Shown one piece after another: positions 38,782-49,061 of a stretch of DNA of 64,000 nucleotides (the stretch's first letter is position 1; every line of letters starts with the position of its first letter). The DNA lies in contig CBEVQO010000004.1 in NCBI GenBank assembly GCA_965552055.1, positions 169,833 to 233,832 of the forward strand. The letters are read 5' to 3'. Position numbers and translations under genes: made by a program. This DNA is from an uncultured bacterium. Its GTDB lineage: Bacteria; Hydrothermota; UBA3073; NMUJ01; CBEVQO01. The notes beneath the pieces were generated by a model. That model did no database searches, was not told the DNA's origin, and was given only the letters and a program-made list of their open reading frames with translations.

Positions 38782-41700
38782 TTTGCTATTTGTCCTTTCC
38801 CTTTTGCTTTTATTTCGTAAAGATAAACACCATTACTTACAATATCTCCAAAATCATCTCTTAAATCCCACATTATTTCGTTAAAGCCGGGATAACCCGA
38901 TAATTCAATTTTTTTAACTAATCTGCCTTTTATAGTGTAAATCAAAATTTTTACATCAGCTTTGTCTGTTAGATAAAATCTAAATTTCGTCCAGTTGCCC
39001 TTTACTGGATTGGGATAATTTAAAGCACGCATAATTTTTAATTCGCCTGTACTTTTTATAATTGCAGTAAATTTGATTACCTTTCTATTGCCGGCATTAT
39101 CCGAAACTTTAAAATATACGACTGCACTGTCATCTGGCTCAAGGTTCAAAACATAGGAGAAACTACCTTTATAGGGATTATTTATATCATATTTGAAATA
39201 GTCAGAAATACACTTGGGATAAGTAAATTGTGAGTCATTTATGCTTAAGCTCATGGCATAAGGTCCTTCTTTTTCTGCGATATTTATTCCCGAAGAGTCC
39301 CAGATAACCCCCGATAATACAAATTTTTTAGGCACAATAGCTCTATTTTTAATAAGCTCACCGTTTGCATAGAGTATAACTTCTGGAGGGATGGTATCTT
39401 TGGGTCTGCCTTTAACCACAGGGATACTATCAATTCCAAGAGATGCTTCTCCATTTTCGTCGTAAATGTATATCGAAATCCTTCCAAGGTTTCCTGTTAT
39501 CAGGTTCTGATTCGGTATAAAAAATTTGGCTTTAATTTTGTAATTTTTAATTTTATAGATGCCTTTAAAGAGAACATCGTAAAATCTCCTGTCATAATTT
39601 TCAAAAGAAAGGACATATCCCCTTGAGTAATATTTTAGATTTACATCGTAATCAGGGCTGTCAAGATAAGCAGAAGAAAAGCATGTTACTACGGCGTAAC
39701 CTCTCGGGATAGAAGTTGTTGCTTCAATTGTGAAGCTTTCACCGCCTTTTAAAGTATCACTTTTGTTTACAGAAATGATTTTATGATTTCTTTTAGACAG
39801 AACTAACAATGGGTCAGCCAGCAATACCCTATTAGCCCTGTTTGAATGTAATAATGCATACATAAAGGCGTCACCAGCAATTGATATAGAATCGACTAAA
39901 ATTGCTTTTGCCATATTTTTACTTAATGATTTATAATCCGTTACTGTGCGTGTTGAACCTATTGTTAAGATAGCTCCTTTATTTTCTGCAGTAACAAGAT
40001 ATTCTGCCATACCGTCTTGAGAGGGTCTGTCAAAAGCAGCTACACCACATGCACCAAACAGAAACATACAATACTTGCCTTTATTTGTCAGTGCATCTAT
40101 ACTTTGTGGATTTACAAAAAGCTTTTCAGAAGCTATTTGCTCGATACTCCCATGTCCCCAGTATATCACAATATAACAGCCATCCGAAATTGCTCTGATT
40201 AATTCCTTTTGAGCACCTATTTTATCACCGGGGTCCCTTCCAGGATGCCATGATTCATCCTGATTTGTGCCATGATACTCTGTTGGATAAATTTTATAAA
40301 CATCATAATTTTGAGGAATTAGAGGTACAAATTCATGTTCCATACTATTAGTGAACTCTAGGTTAATGCTTCCTCGCTGAGGGTCATATTCGTCTTCTGC
40401 TGTGCATACTATTTTATTTCTGAAATCTCCATAATTTTTTTCAAATTCTTTGATTTTATTCAAAATATTTCTTACTTCTGTTAAATTTTTAGCTGGCAAT
40501 CTGCCGATACACATTTCGGGATAGTCATCGTCTGTAAATTCTGCGAACCACCAATCGCAACATTTTGAAAGATTCGCAGGAACATAGCCAAATTCTCCAA
40601 CCACTACACCTGTTTGATATACGGGTATCTTATTTTTAGCAACTTCTTCTTTATAATCGAAAGTCCCTGCACCAAGTAATAGGCAATAAAAAGGTTCTCC
40701 CCAGTTCTCATAGGCAAACCTTAAAAAATGCTTCAAAGCATAAGGTGTCCTTATTCCATAAGTGAAGTTGTTTACAATATCTTCAAAATCAACAACACAT
40801 ACCATTAAAGTATCGCCATAAATTTTTTTTCTATAGTTTGCCAGAATTTTTGCATAGTCTAAAAATTCGTGAGGACTCACAATTATATAATCTATCTTTC
40901 CATAATTTAATTTCTTAAGATTATCAATCTGTGCTTTTTCAATTGCCAGAGGTTTTTTTAAATTATGAGAGTAATAAAAAACTTCCATTCCATTTGCAGG
41001 ATAATAAAAAATCAATGTATCTTTGTGAAAAGTTGTGTTACATATTCGTATGGGCTTTAAGGGGTTTGTGATGTTAAAAACAATTCCTTTTTCTTTTGCT
41101 CCCGCAATTTTAAACATTACAGTATCCATAGCGTATGCTTTGAATTTTAATTCTCCTTCTCTTACTATGAATTTCCTTCGATAAATTACTTCATAAAAGT
41201 CAAAGAATATCTTATCATTTTTTATGGAGTTGCCTTTGAATAAAGTTAATGTAAATTTATTTTCTCCGGCTTTCAATGTATAAGCTGTGGCGGATGTATC
41301 GTCGCGATAGACACTTGGACCCTCTTTTGAGAAAGTGAGAAAAGTTGAATCATTTAAAGATAGTTTAATGTTGTGAAGAAGATTGTCATCAATTTCTTTA
41401 TAATTTGTCCAGTATCTATAATAACCTATTCTGATTTTGCATTCATTTGAATAAGGGTCATAGATATCGAAATAATAATCTCTTTTTACCTCCTGCTGTG
41501 TTATTCCTCTTTCTATTAATTCCCAGTATTTTGCGAGTCCACATTTTGTTGTGTAAATATCTTCTTCAATATGTAAAGTATCTAAAAACCATTCGAAATA
41601 CACGGGATTTTTGCAAGAGCTAGATACGAAACTATCACGCAGACCATCTTCTCCACCAAATGTAAGCCAGTAAACCATGGTGTCAGTATAAGGATTATAA

Positions 41701-42515
41701 TAAAGATTATCGTTTTTACCCCAGCCATGCACACTTTGACCATAAAACAAAATATAAGAATTTTTGTCAAAAGTTATTCCGCTTTTTACATAAATTGGCA
41801 CTTCTTTGAATTCTACACCATAAGGTATTTCTCTCTGTGGAGAGATTGCATAAATTTTTATAGTTTTTGGGTCTATCTGAGATGGGTCAATTCCGGCCTT
41901 TTTCAAGTCATTATAAGTTATTTTATAAATGCCTTCTTCAGTTATTTTTATTTTATAAAAGTCACCTGATATTTGTTTAATTTTCTTTTTTCTTTCTAAC
42001 TTTCGCCAATATTTTCCCGTCTCATAATTTATCACCGTTTTTTTAAGCAATTTTTCTATTCTTTTATCGGGTGGATTTTTTATTTTTTCTCCTTTTTCAA
42101 ATTTTATTTCAACTTTTACAGCATCTGTTTTTTGCAAAATTTTTTTGACAGGGTTATATTTTTCGGGAGATATTTTGATTTGCACTATCCTGTAACCTCT
42201 AAAGATTCCGTCGTTTATTATTTCTGCAAATTTTTCAGGATAGAATTTGTCTTCTTCTTTGAAAGTATCAGTAAGCCATGGAAGGATATTTCTCTTTAGA
42301 TTTGCTTTTTCTTCTTTTAAATTTAAGGGGATGGCTTTTAATTTTAATTTTGCTCCATGGGGCGCGATTATGTTTACAATGTAATGAGATGTAAATTCAC
42401 CGTGAGATGTAATTTCATCTTTTTTTTCCGGGTGATAGATAAAAGTGAGAGAAGAAAGGGAAGAATTAATGATTTTGCAGTAAGTCAGGATTATAAGGGT
42501 TAAGCGATACGCCAT
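38751..42515 (-). CDS. porU: PorU-like C25 (gingipain-family) peptidase/sortase with a FlgD-type C-terminal domain
   Basis: YKIKITEEGIYKIT, NPYTDT.VYWL, YCLLLG, IGRLP, YWGHG, FGAC, DP, NYPNP...WDLRD..G..VSNGVYLY. Confidence 0.8.
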   Translation of the reverse strand: MAYRLTLIILTYCKIINSSLSSLTFIYHPEKKDEITSHGEFTSHYIVNIIAPHGAKLKLKAIPLNLKEEKANLKRNILPWLTDTFKEEDKFYPEKFAEIINDGIFRGYRIVQIKISPEKYNPVKKILQKTDAVKVEIKFEKGEKIKNPPDKRIEKLLKKTVINYETGKYWRKLERKKKIKQISGDFYKIKITEEGIYKITYNDLKKAGIDPSQIDPKTIKIYAISPQREIPYGVEFKEVPIYVKSGITFDKNSYILFYGQSVHGWGKNDNLYYNPYTDTMVYWLTFGGEDGLRDSFVSSSCKNPVYFEWFLDTLHIEEDIYTTKCGLAKYWELIERGITQQEVKRDYYFDIYDPYSNECKIRIGYYRYWTNYKEIDDNLLHNIKLSLNDSTFLTFSKEGPSVYRDDTSATAYTLKAGENKFTLTLFKGNSIKNDKIFFDFYEVIYRRKFIVREGELKFKAYAMDTVMFKIAGAKEKGIVFNITNPLKPIRICNTTFHKDTLIFYYPANGMEVFYYSHNLKKPLAIEKAQIDNLKKLNYGKIDYIIVSPHEFLDYAKILANYRKKIYGDTLMVCVVDFEDIVNNFTYGIRTPYALKHFLRFAYENWGEPFYCLLLGAGTFDYKEEVAKNKIPVYQTGVVVGEFGYVPANLSKCCDWWFAEFTDDDYPEMCIGRLPAKNLTEVRNILNKIKEFEKNYGDFRNKIVCTAEDEYDPQRGSINLEFTNSMEHEFVPLIPQNYDVYKIYPTEYHGTNQDESWHPGRDPGDKIGAQKELIRAISDGCYIVIYWGHGSIEQIASEKLFVNPQSIDALTNKGKYCMFLFGACGVAAFDRPSQDGMAEYLVTAENKGAILTIGSTRTVTDYKSLSKNMAKAILVDSISIAGDAFMYALLHSNRANRVLLADPLLVLSKRNHKIISVNKSDTLKGGESFTIEATTSIPRGYAVVTCFSSAYLDSPDYDVNLKYYSRGYVLSFENYDRRFYDVLFKGIYKIKNYKIKAKFFIPNQNLITGNLGRISIYIYDENGEASLGIDSIPVVKGRPKDTIPPEVILYANGELIKNRAIVPKKFVLSGVIWDSSGINIAEKEGPYAMSLSINDSQFTYPKCISDYFKYDINNPYKGSFSYVLNLEPDDSAVVYFKVSDNAGNRKVIKFTAIIKSTGELKIMRALNYPNPVKGNWTKFRFYLTDKADVKILIYTIKGRLVKKIELSGYPGFNEIMWDLRDDFGDIVSNGVYLYEIKAKGKGQIAKCRGKIVILR

Positions 42516-43414
42516 TCTGCGAGTTTAGTAGCAAGTGCGATTGAAGCCAGTTTAGATTTCTCTGAATCGGCTCGCGAAGTAAGGACACAGGGATGTGTTG
42601 TGCCTGTTACAATTGCAGCTATTTCACCTTTGCATAATTTTGTTATAGTTTTGAAAAACACATTACCAGATTCTATATTTGGGAAAATAAGTATATCTGC
42701 ATCTCCTGCTACAGGGCTTTTTATTTTCTTTATTTCTGCTGCTTCCTTTGAAACTGCTGGGTCAAGTGCAAGTGGACCATCAACTATTGCTTTACCAATT
42801 TGTCCTCTTTCTGCCATTTTTGCTATAATGGCTGCTTCGGTTGTTGCTGGCATTTTGGGGCTTACTTTTTCTACTGCTGCGAGTAAGGCAACTTTTGGCA
42901 TCTCAATACCAAGCGCATGTGCTACTTCAATTGCATATTTTGTGATTGCTATCTTTTGCTCGAGGTCAGGTGCAGGGATAACTGCTACATCTCCAAAAAT
43001 TAAAAGCTTATGATAAGTTGGTATCTCTCCAACGGTTATATGGCTTAAAATTTGACCGGGTGGTAATAAGCCTTTTTGTTTATCAAGTATGCCTCGCATG
43101 TAGGTTGCAGTATCTACAAGCCCTTTCATCAGTATTGTGTTTTTGCTTTCCTTTACAATTTCTATTGATTTGATTATCGCATTTTTGGGGTCTTCTTCTT
43201 TTTCTATTTTAAATTTATCCGGGTCAACATTGTGTTCTTTTGCTACTTTTTTAATCTCATCGGGATTTCCCACGAGCACTGCTTCTACAATTTCTTTTTC
43301 AACTGCTTCAGATACTGCGGATATCGTGTGAGGGTCCTCGCCTTTTGCTACCACTAATTTTCCAAATTTCTTGCCTTCGACTTCCTTTATTAAATCATCC
43401 AAACTTTTAATCAT
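42500..43414 (-). CDS. ptb: Phosphate butyryltransferase
   Basis: LMKGLVDT, DGPLALD, GDADIL, PNIESGN, LTSRADS; lies in the buk operon. Confidence 0.9.
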   Translation of the reverse strand: MIKSLDDLIKEVEGKKFGKLVVAKGEDPHTISAVSEAVEKEIVEAVLVGNPDEIKKVAKEHNVDPDKFKIEKEEDPKNAIIKSIEIVKESKNTILMKGLVDTATYMRGILDKQKGLLPPGQILSHITVGEIPTYHKLLIFGDVAVIPAPDLEQKIAITKYAIEVAHALGIEMPKVALLAAVEKVSPKMPATTEAAIIAKMAERGQIGKAIVDGPLALDPAVSKEAAEIKKIKSPVAGDADILIFPNIESGNVFFKTITKLCKGEIAAIVTGTTHPCVLTSRADSEKSKLASIALATKLAEWRIA

Positions 43415-43853
43415 TATCCCCTCCTTTATTTTTATCCTTAATGGATAATTTTTCGATTATAAATTTGGCTTCTTTAACTCCGATTTTTATAATCCTTGCA
43501 TCATTACCGCCATTATAATAGCCATAGGAATGTATTACATCCCATACTGTGTCAAATGCATCAATAATTTTGCCATCATGAACGGGATATTTTTTCAATA
43601 TTCCCCAATAAGCATCTGTTGTTTTTGGTAAATTTTCATATTTTACTCCTCTTTTCATCAAATAACCATCAATTGCAGATAGCACAGCTAACCACATCAA
43701 TCCACATGCTTTTTGAACTTTTTTAATATTTGAATATCTATCGTTTTTTACTTCTATTTCATTTAAAATTTCCTTTGCATTTTCAAAATATTCATTCGCT
43801 ATTTTAAAACATTCTTCAGGTGTTTTCTTTTTTCTTTTCCATTTTATTTTCAT
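43407..43853 (-). CDS. DUF5618-type (HEPN/PaREP1-like) protein
   Basis: [11 protein letters not shown]...Y...K.VQKACG..WLAVL.A...IH..GYY.G. Confidence 0.6.
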   Translation of the reverse strand: MKIKWKRKKKTPEECFKIANEYFENAKEILNEIEVKNDRYSNIKKVQKACGLMWLAVLSAIDGYLMKRGVKYENLPKTTDAYWGILKKYPVHDGKIIDAFDTVWDVIHSYGYYNGGNDARIIKIGVKEAKFIIEKLSIKDKNKGGDND

Positions 43854-44938
43854 CCTTCCCTTCCTTTGTATTCTTTAGGTTTTTCTTCGCCTCTTAATAC
43901 TCTCAGTGCACCCATTGCAAGTGCTTCCATCTCTTTTTCACCGGGGAATACCATCACCTTTGCGATGAATTTAACATATTCTTTTATCGAATTTGTGAAA
44001 TCCTTTTCATTTGCCAGTCCGCCTGTTAAAACTATTGCATCAACCTCACCTTTGAGTGCCGCAGCAAGTGCACCTATTTCTTTTGCTATCTGATAGACCA
44101 TTGCATCATAAATCAATTTTGCTTTTTTATCACCCTGAGCAATTCTTCTTTTTACTTCTTTAAAATCATTTGTTCCCAAATATGCTACCATTCCTCCTTT
44201 TCCTGCCAATTTCTTTTTTAACTCATCTTTTGTGTATTTACCGGATAATGCAAGCTGTATTAAATCCCATGCTGGCAAACCACCTGCTCTTTCCGGAGAA
44301 AAAGGACCATCACCGTTTAAAGCATTGTTTACATCGATAACTTTTCCCTTTTTATGAGCACCGATAGAAATTCCGCCTCCCATGTGCGCTACAATGAGAT
44401 TACATTCTTCATATTTTTTTCCAAGTTCTTTTGCTGCCAATCTTGCTACATATTTCTGGTTTAAAGCGTGAAAAATGCTTCTTCTTGTAATTTCCGGTAA
44501 ACCTGATATTTTTGCTATTTCTTCCATTTCATCGACTACAACCGGATCAACAATAAAAGCAGGAATGTTAAGAGGTTTTGCAATAGCATTTGCTATCAAT
44601 GCACCGAGATTTGATGCATGTTCGCCCTGTACCCCCTGGCGCAGATGTTCAAGCATAAGTTCATTTACTTTGTAAGTACCGCCTTCTTTTAAGGGATATA
44701 AAAGTCCTCCCCTGCCAACGACTGCCGATAATTCCTTAATATCTATTCCAGCGTCTTCCAATGTCTTTAGAATTATTTCTTTTCTGAATTCATACTGGTC
44801 AATTATTCTTTCGTATTTCGATAATTCTTCAACGGGGTGTTCAATTTTTTTATTGAGAATACATTTTTCGTTTTCGAATACTGCGATTTTTGTAGAAGTT
44901 GACCCGGGATTTATGACAAGAATTTTATAAACATCCAT
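43850..44938 (-). CDS. buk: Butyrate kinase
   Basis: [43 protein letters not shown]. Confidence 0.95.
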   Translation of the reverse strand: MDVYKILVINPGSTSTKIAVFENEKCILNKKIEHPVEELSKYERIIDQYEFRKEIILKTLEDAGIDIKELSAVVGRGGLLYPLKEGGTYKVNELMLEHLRQGVQGEHASNLGALIANAIAKPLNIPAFIVDPVVVDEMEEIAKISGLPEITRRSIFHALNQKYVARLAAKELGKKYEECNLIVAHMGGGISIGAHKKGKVIDVNNALNGDGPFSPERAGGLPAWDLIQLALSGKYTKDELKKKLAGKGGMVAYLGTNDFKEVKRRIAQGDKKAKLIYDAMVYQIAKEIGALAAALKGEVDAIVLTGGLANEKDFTNSIKEYVKFIAKVMVFPGEKEMEALAMGALRVLRGEEKPKEYKGREG

Positions 44939-44990
44939 CTTCCCCCTCAATATTTTAATCTGTTCCTTAATTTGTCAATTATTTTTTGAC

Positions 44991-45017
44991 TTGACAAATT
45001 AAAATTTTCAATATAAT
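44991..45017 (+). promoter_or_regulatory. tRNA promoter, perfect TTGACA-N15-TATAAT (divergent buk promoter TTGACA-N15-TAAAAT at 44978-44952)
   Basis: TTGACA 44991-96, TATAAT 45012-17; the mature tRNA begins 8 nt later. Confidence 0.75.
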
Positions 45018-45025
45018 AAATGAGT

Positions 45026-45109
45026 GCCGAGGTGGCGGAATTGGTAGACGCACCAGTTTGAGGGACTGGGGCCCGTATGGGCGTGCAGGTTCGAGTCCTG
45101 TCCTCGGCA
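45026..45109 (+). tRNA. tRNA-Leu(GAG), CCA not encoded
   Basis: Acceptor GCCGAGG/CCTCGGC+A, D-arm GCGGAATTGGTAGACGC, anticodon arm CCAGT-TTGAGGG-ACTGG, long variable arm, T-loop TTCGAGT; followed by CTC. Confidence 0.97.
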
Positions 45110-45384
45110 CTCCATTTTTATTCCTTACTTAAAAACCAATATAAACCAAAAGTCCCAATGGGATCAGCAATTGATATTTCCTTTCTGTGAAAATTTATTT
45201 CCAATAAAAAAGCCAAAGGTATCTCTGATAGCATGGTAAGGTTTTAATTTTAATTTATTTGAGATTTTTCCCTTACAGTGTCTCCCTTTGCTTCTTTTAC
45301 TGCCAATAAAAATACAAACACAAGCATACTCCCCCTTACTCATATTAACCCTATTTTAAAAATGTCAATATAAAAAATTTTATT

Positions 45385-45480
45385 ACGAGCGAAGCGAGTG
45401 CATTACCAATGGGTTGTGAGCCAACACCCCGACTGAAAGGAGGGGTGTGCACGAGGGCGGTGGGGACAGGGAGGCGGGGC
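45385..45480. repeat. GC-rich palindromic intergenic element (REP/MITE-like)
   Basis: CGAGCGAAGCGAG; hairpin CACCCC-GACTGAAAGGA-GGGGTG (45425-45447); outer GTGCA/TGCAC pairing; sharp GC contrast with flanks. Confidence 0.45.
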
Positions 45481-45522
45481 TAAAAATATTTGACAAAACA
45501 ATTATTCGATTAAAATTATTGA

Positions 45523-46500
45523 ATGGTTAATCTTAAAAATATATTGGATAGTTTAGACGCCGGAATAATGATTACCGATATAAATTTAAACATAAATACA
45601 GTTAACAAAGCTTTACTAAAAATGTTAAAAAAGCAATCCAGCGAATTGATCAATAAAAATTTGCTTCAAATACCCTTTTTAAAAGATCTGGAAAAAGAAG
45701 ATGTTATCAGGATTAAGCTGGAAGACAATTCTTATTTAGTTAAGAAATTGCCCATTACCGAAGGAGGAATTAATCTGGGTTTCCTTATAATTTTTAACGA
45801 TATAACAAAGGAAAAAGAAAGGACAGAAAATATAATTTTTGATTTTATCACCAAAGTATCACATGAGATGCGCACACCTTTATCTGTTATGAAAGGTTAT
45901 ATTACAATGATGCTCACAGACCCAACGATAACAAAAGAAGAAAGAAAAGAAATTTTAAAGACGATGGAGAAAGAATGTGAGAGATTGGAAAGGATTATTG
46001 AAAATGTGCTCGATACTGCCAGAATAGAAACAGGACAAATTAGATATAAACCCCAAAAAATTAATTTGAAAGATACATTATCACATACAATTTCTCTATT
46101 TGATAGAAAGATAAAGGAAAAGAATTTAAGTTTTGAAGAAAAGATAGAAGATATAGAAATTACGGCAGACCCCACTCTTTTATCTCAGGCAATTTTGAAT
46201 TTGCTTGATAATGCGATAAAATTTACTCCTGCAGGTGGCAGAATATGGCTTCATGCACAAAGAAGCGGTAATCAGGTGAGAATAGAAGTAGGGGATACCG
46301 GTTCGGGCATTCCCAGAGATATTTTACCCAATATTTTTGATAGATTTTACAGGGCAGAAGATAAAGCTCATACATTGCCAGGCTTGGGGCTCGGACTTTA
46401 CATAACAAGGGAAATAGTAGAAATGCATAGAGGCAGGATAGAAGTAGAAAGTGAAGAAGGTAAGGGGACTGTTTTCAGAATTTACTTACCTTATGAATGA
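45523..46500 (+). CDS. Cytoplasmic PAS-domain sensor histidine kinase (no adjacent regulator)
   Basis: PAS-like N-terminus; VSHEMRTPL H-box, NLLDNAIKF, DTGSGI, FDRFYR, GLGLGL. Confidence 0.92.
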   Translation: MVNLKNILDSLDAGIMITDINLNINTVNKALLKMLKKQSSELINKNLLQIPFLKDLEKEDVIRIKLEDNSYLVKKLPITEGGINLGFLIIFNDITKEKERTENIIFDFITKVSHEMRTPLSVMKGYITMMLTDPTITKEERKEILKTMEKECERLERIIENVLDTARIETGQIRYKPQKINLKDTLSHTISLFDRKIKEKNLSFEEKIEDIEITADPTLLSQAILNLLDNAIKFTPAGGRIWLHAQRSGNQVRIEVGDTGSGIPRDILPNIFDRFYRAEDKAHTLPGLGLGLYITREIVEMHRGRIEVESEEGKGTVFRIYLPYE

Positions 46501-47278
46501 AATCCAGAAGATAAAAGATTTTTTGAAAAAAGTAAAAAAGATAGTTGCATTAACTGGTGCCGGTATTTCACAGGAGTCGGGCATTCCTACATTTAGAGGA
46601 AAAGGTGGATTATGGGAGCGCTATGACCCCGAAAAATATGCAACACTTGCAGGTGTGATTGCGCTTTTAACCTTTCAACCGCAGAACCTTGCTAAATTTG
46701 CGACAGAACTTTACGAAACAATAATGCATGCAAAGCCTTCAAAAGCACATTATATTTTGGCAAAATTAGAACATTCGGGAAAACTACTCGCTACAATAAC
46801 ACAAAATATCGATAATTTACATCAGGAAGCAGGGCAAAAAAGAGTGATAGAATTACACGGAAATATTTTTGAATATCGATGCGATAAATGTGGCAAAATC
46901 GAGAAAATGGAAAAAGAATATTTTGAAGAGAAAATTGAGTTTTTAAAGAAAAGACCTACTCGAAAAAATCTCATAGCGTTTTTGTTTAGAAAATGTGATT
47001 GCAAAGGTAAAATGCGTCCCAATATTGTTATGTTTGGCGAAAGTTTGCCACGAGATGCTTTGAGAAAAGCATATGAATTAATGGAAGAAACAGAAGCAGT
47101 TCTCTTAATAGGCACATCAGGTATTGTTGCACCAGCATGTTATTTGCCACATCATGCTAAATCTTTTGAAAAAGTCATAATCGAGATTTCTCCAGAAGAA
47201 ACAGCCCTTACACCCATCTGTGACTTCTCAATAAGAGGAAAAGCATCACAAACTTTATCCTTACTTTTTGAAGAATGA
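46493..47278 (+). CDS. cobB: NAD-dependent deacylase, Sir2 family
   Basis: TGAGISQESGIPTFRG, TQNIDNLH, ELHGN, CxxC/CxC, RPNIVMFGE, GTS. Confidence 0.9.
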   Translation: MNEIQKIKDFLKKVKKIVALTGAGISQESGIPTFRGKGGLWERYDPEKYATLAGVIALLTFQPQNLAKFATELYETIMHAKPSKAHYILAKLEHSGKLLATITQNIDNLHQEAGQKRVIELHGNIFEYRCDKCGKIEKMEKEYFEEKIEFLKKRPTRKNLIAFLFRKCDCKGKMRPNIVMFGESLPRDALRKAYELMEETEAVLLIGTSGIVAPACYLPHHAKSFEKVIIEISPEETALTPICDFSIRGKASQTLSLLFEE

Positions 47279-48126
47279 TTTCAATCATCATTCCAAATTT
47301 TAACGGTAAAAATTTATTAAAAAGGAATTTACCTAATCTCTTAAAAGTTTTAAAAAAAGCAAATTTTAAGTGGGAAATAATTATCGTTGATGATGGAAGT
47401 ACGGATGGCTCTGTCTCCTTTTTGAGGGAGAACTTTAAAGAAATTAAAGTGATAGAAAAACCGCATACAGGTTTTGCCGATAGTTTAAACAAAGGTGCGA
47501 AAGTTGCTTCTTATGATATATTATATTTTATGAATTCCGATATAGAAGTTTTTGAAGATTTTTTAACCCCTTTGCTCTCTCATTTTAAGTCAAAGAAAGT
47601 TTTTGCAGTGGGCAGTGCTGCTTTTTCTAAAGAAGGAAAACTTATATCATCTAAATGTGAATTGATTTTTAAAAGAGGATTATTAGATGTAAATCGTGAA
47701 ACTGTTCTTTCAAAAGATACCTGTGAGTGTGATTGTGTATCTGCCGGGCATTCAGCCTTTTCGAAAAAGATTTTTTTAAAATTAAACGGCTTTGATACAT
47801 TATTTTACCCATTTTATTTTGAAGATGTTGATTTATGTTACAGGGCAAAAATTTTGGGTTATAAAATTCTTTTTGAACCCAGAAGTAAAGTCATACATCC
47901 TGCTGGTACCACCATTTCAAAATATTATAATAGGAGAAAAAAAGAAATCATTCACAGAAGAAATAAGTTACTCTTTAACTGGTGTAATCTGTCTTTTAAG
48001 AAATTATTTTTGCATATTATTTTTTTGCCGTTATATTTTTTAAAAATTTCGTTTTTTATATCTTTTTTGTATGCGATTTCGAAGTTGCCTTATGTTTATA
48101 AAAGGAGAAGATGGAAATATCTGTAA
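47275..48126 (+). CDS. Glycosyltransferase family 2
   Basis: SIIIPNFN, VDDGSTDG, NSD, FEDVDLCYR. Confidence 0.9.
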   Translation: MISIIIPNFNGKNLLKRNLPNLLKVLKKANFKWEIIIVDDGSTDGSVSFLRENFKEIKVIEKPHTGFADSLNKGAKVASYDILYFMNSDIEVFEDFLTPLLSHFKSKKVFAVGSAAFSKEGKLISSKCELIFKRGLLDVNRETVLSKDTCECDCVSAGHSAFSKKIFLKLNGFDTLFYPFYFEDVDLCYRAKILGYKILFEPRSKVIHPAGTTISKYYNRRKKEIIHRRNKLLFNWCNLSFKKLFLHIIFLPLYFLKISFFISFLYAISKLPYVYKRRRWKYL

Positions 48127-49061
48127 ACATAGTTAATCTCAATCAGAAAGAACTTTTGAGAAAATGTCTCAAATCACTTGAAAAGAATTGCAAAGGGATG
48201 GATTATGAAGTATATGTGGTGGATAATGGCTCTGATGATGGAAGTCAGGAGATGATAAAAAATGAATTTAAGAAAGTAAAGTTAATTGAAAACAATGAAA
48301 ATATAGGTGTGAGCAAAGCAAGAAATAAGTCCTTAAGATTATCTGCCGGAAATTTTATTCTTTTGATGGATAATGATGTAGAGTTGCTTAACGATTCTTT
48401 AAAATTGATGCTGGATACTTTAAAAGGGGATGAGCGTGCAGGAGCAGTAACCTGTCAGATTTTGAATCCAGATAAAACGATAAGACCTTCCCACAATGAC
48501 CGCTTTCCGAATTATTTTGATGTATTTTTTGACATGCTCTTCTTCTGGTCGAATATAAAAAGTTTCTTCTGGAAATCAAAATTGTTTATGAAATACCTTT
48601 TCCCTTTGCTATTCAGATGTTATTTTAAAAAACATTATATAGCATGGACGGGTAATATGTGTTTATTGATTAAAAGAGAGATTCTGGAAAAAATAGGTTT
48701 AATGGATGAGAATTTTTTCATCTATGGGGATGATATTGATTTTTGTATGAGAATTAAAAAAGCAGGTTATAAAATTTTGTTTTTGCCTTCGGCACAGGCT
48801 ATACATCATATTGGAAAAGTTGTTTTAGAAAGGAAAGACCTTTATCCTGAAATCATAAAATCTAAAATTTATTTTTTCAAAAAGCATTACAGGAAAAGTA
48901 TTGCAAAAGCAGTTGAAAAAACAATTTTTTATGGGATAATGTTGCGTAAATTTATCTTAAGTTTTCTTTTCAAGGTAAGGAGGGATGAGCGATGTCAGAA
49001 GAGGTTAAAGTCGTATTGTACGCTGATAGCACTGGCAAAATCAAAGGCGGTGGTCAACTGA
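48111..49061 (+). CDS. Glycosyltransferase family 2
   Basis: VVDNGSDDG, DND, MDENFFIYGDDIDFC. Confidence 0.9.
   Translation: MEISVNIVNLNQKELLRKCLKSLEKNCKGMDYEVYVVDNGSDDGSQEMIKNEFKKVKLIENNENIGVSKARNKSLRLSAGNFILLMDNDVELLNDSLKLMLDTLKGDERAGAVTCQILNPDKTIRPSHNDRFPNYFDVFFDMLFFWSNIKSFFWKSKLFMKYLFPLLFRCYFKKHYIAWTGNMCLLIKREILEKIGLMDENFFIYGDDIDFCMRIKKAGYKILFLPSAQAIHHIGKVVLERKDLYPEIIKSKIYFFKKHYRKSIAKAVEKTIFYGIMLRKFILSFLFKVRRDERCQKRLKSYCTLIALAKSKAVVN

Noticed and set aside
45026..45345. Prophage or ICE integrated at tRNA-Leu
   Set aside because: No integrase and no duplicated tRNA 3' end seen in the window.
45385..45480. Hammerhead ribozyme, SRP RNA or riboswitch
   Set aside because: Lacks the CUGANGA/GAAA core, the SRP GGAA loop motif and any aptamer consensus I recognise.
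46493..47278. Sir2 as an anti-phage defence effector
   Set aside because: It is a canonical zinc-binding CobB-type deacylase with no defence partners.
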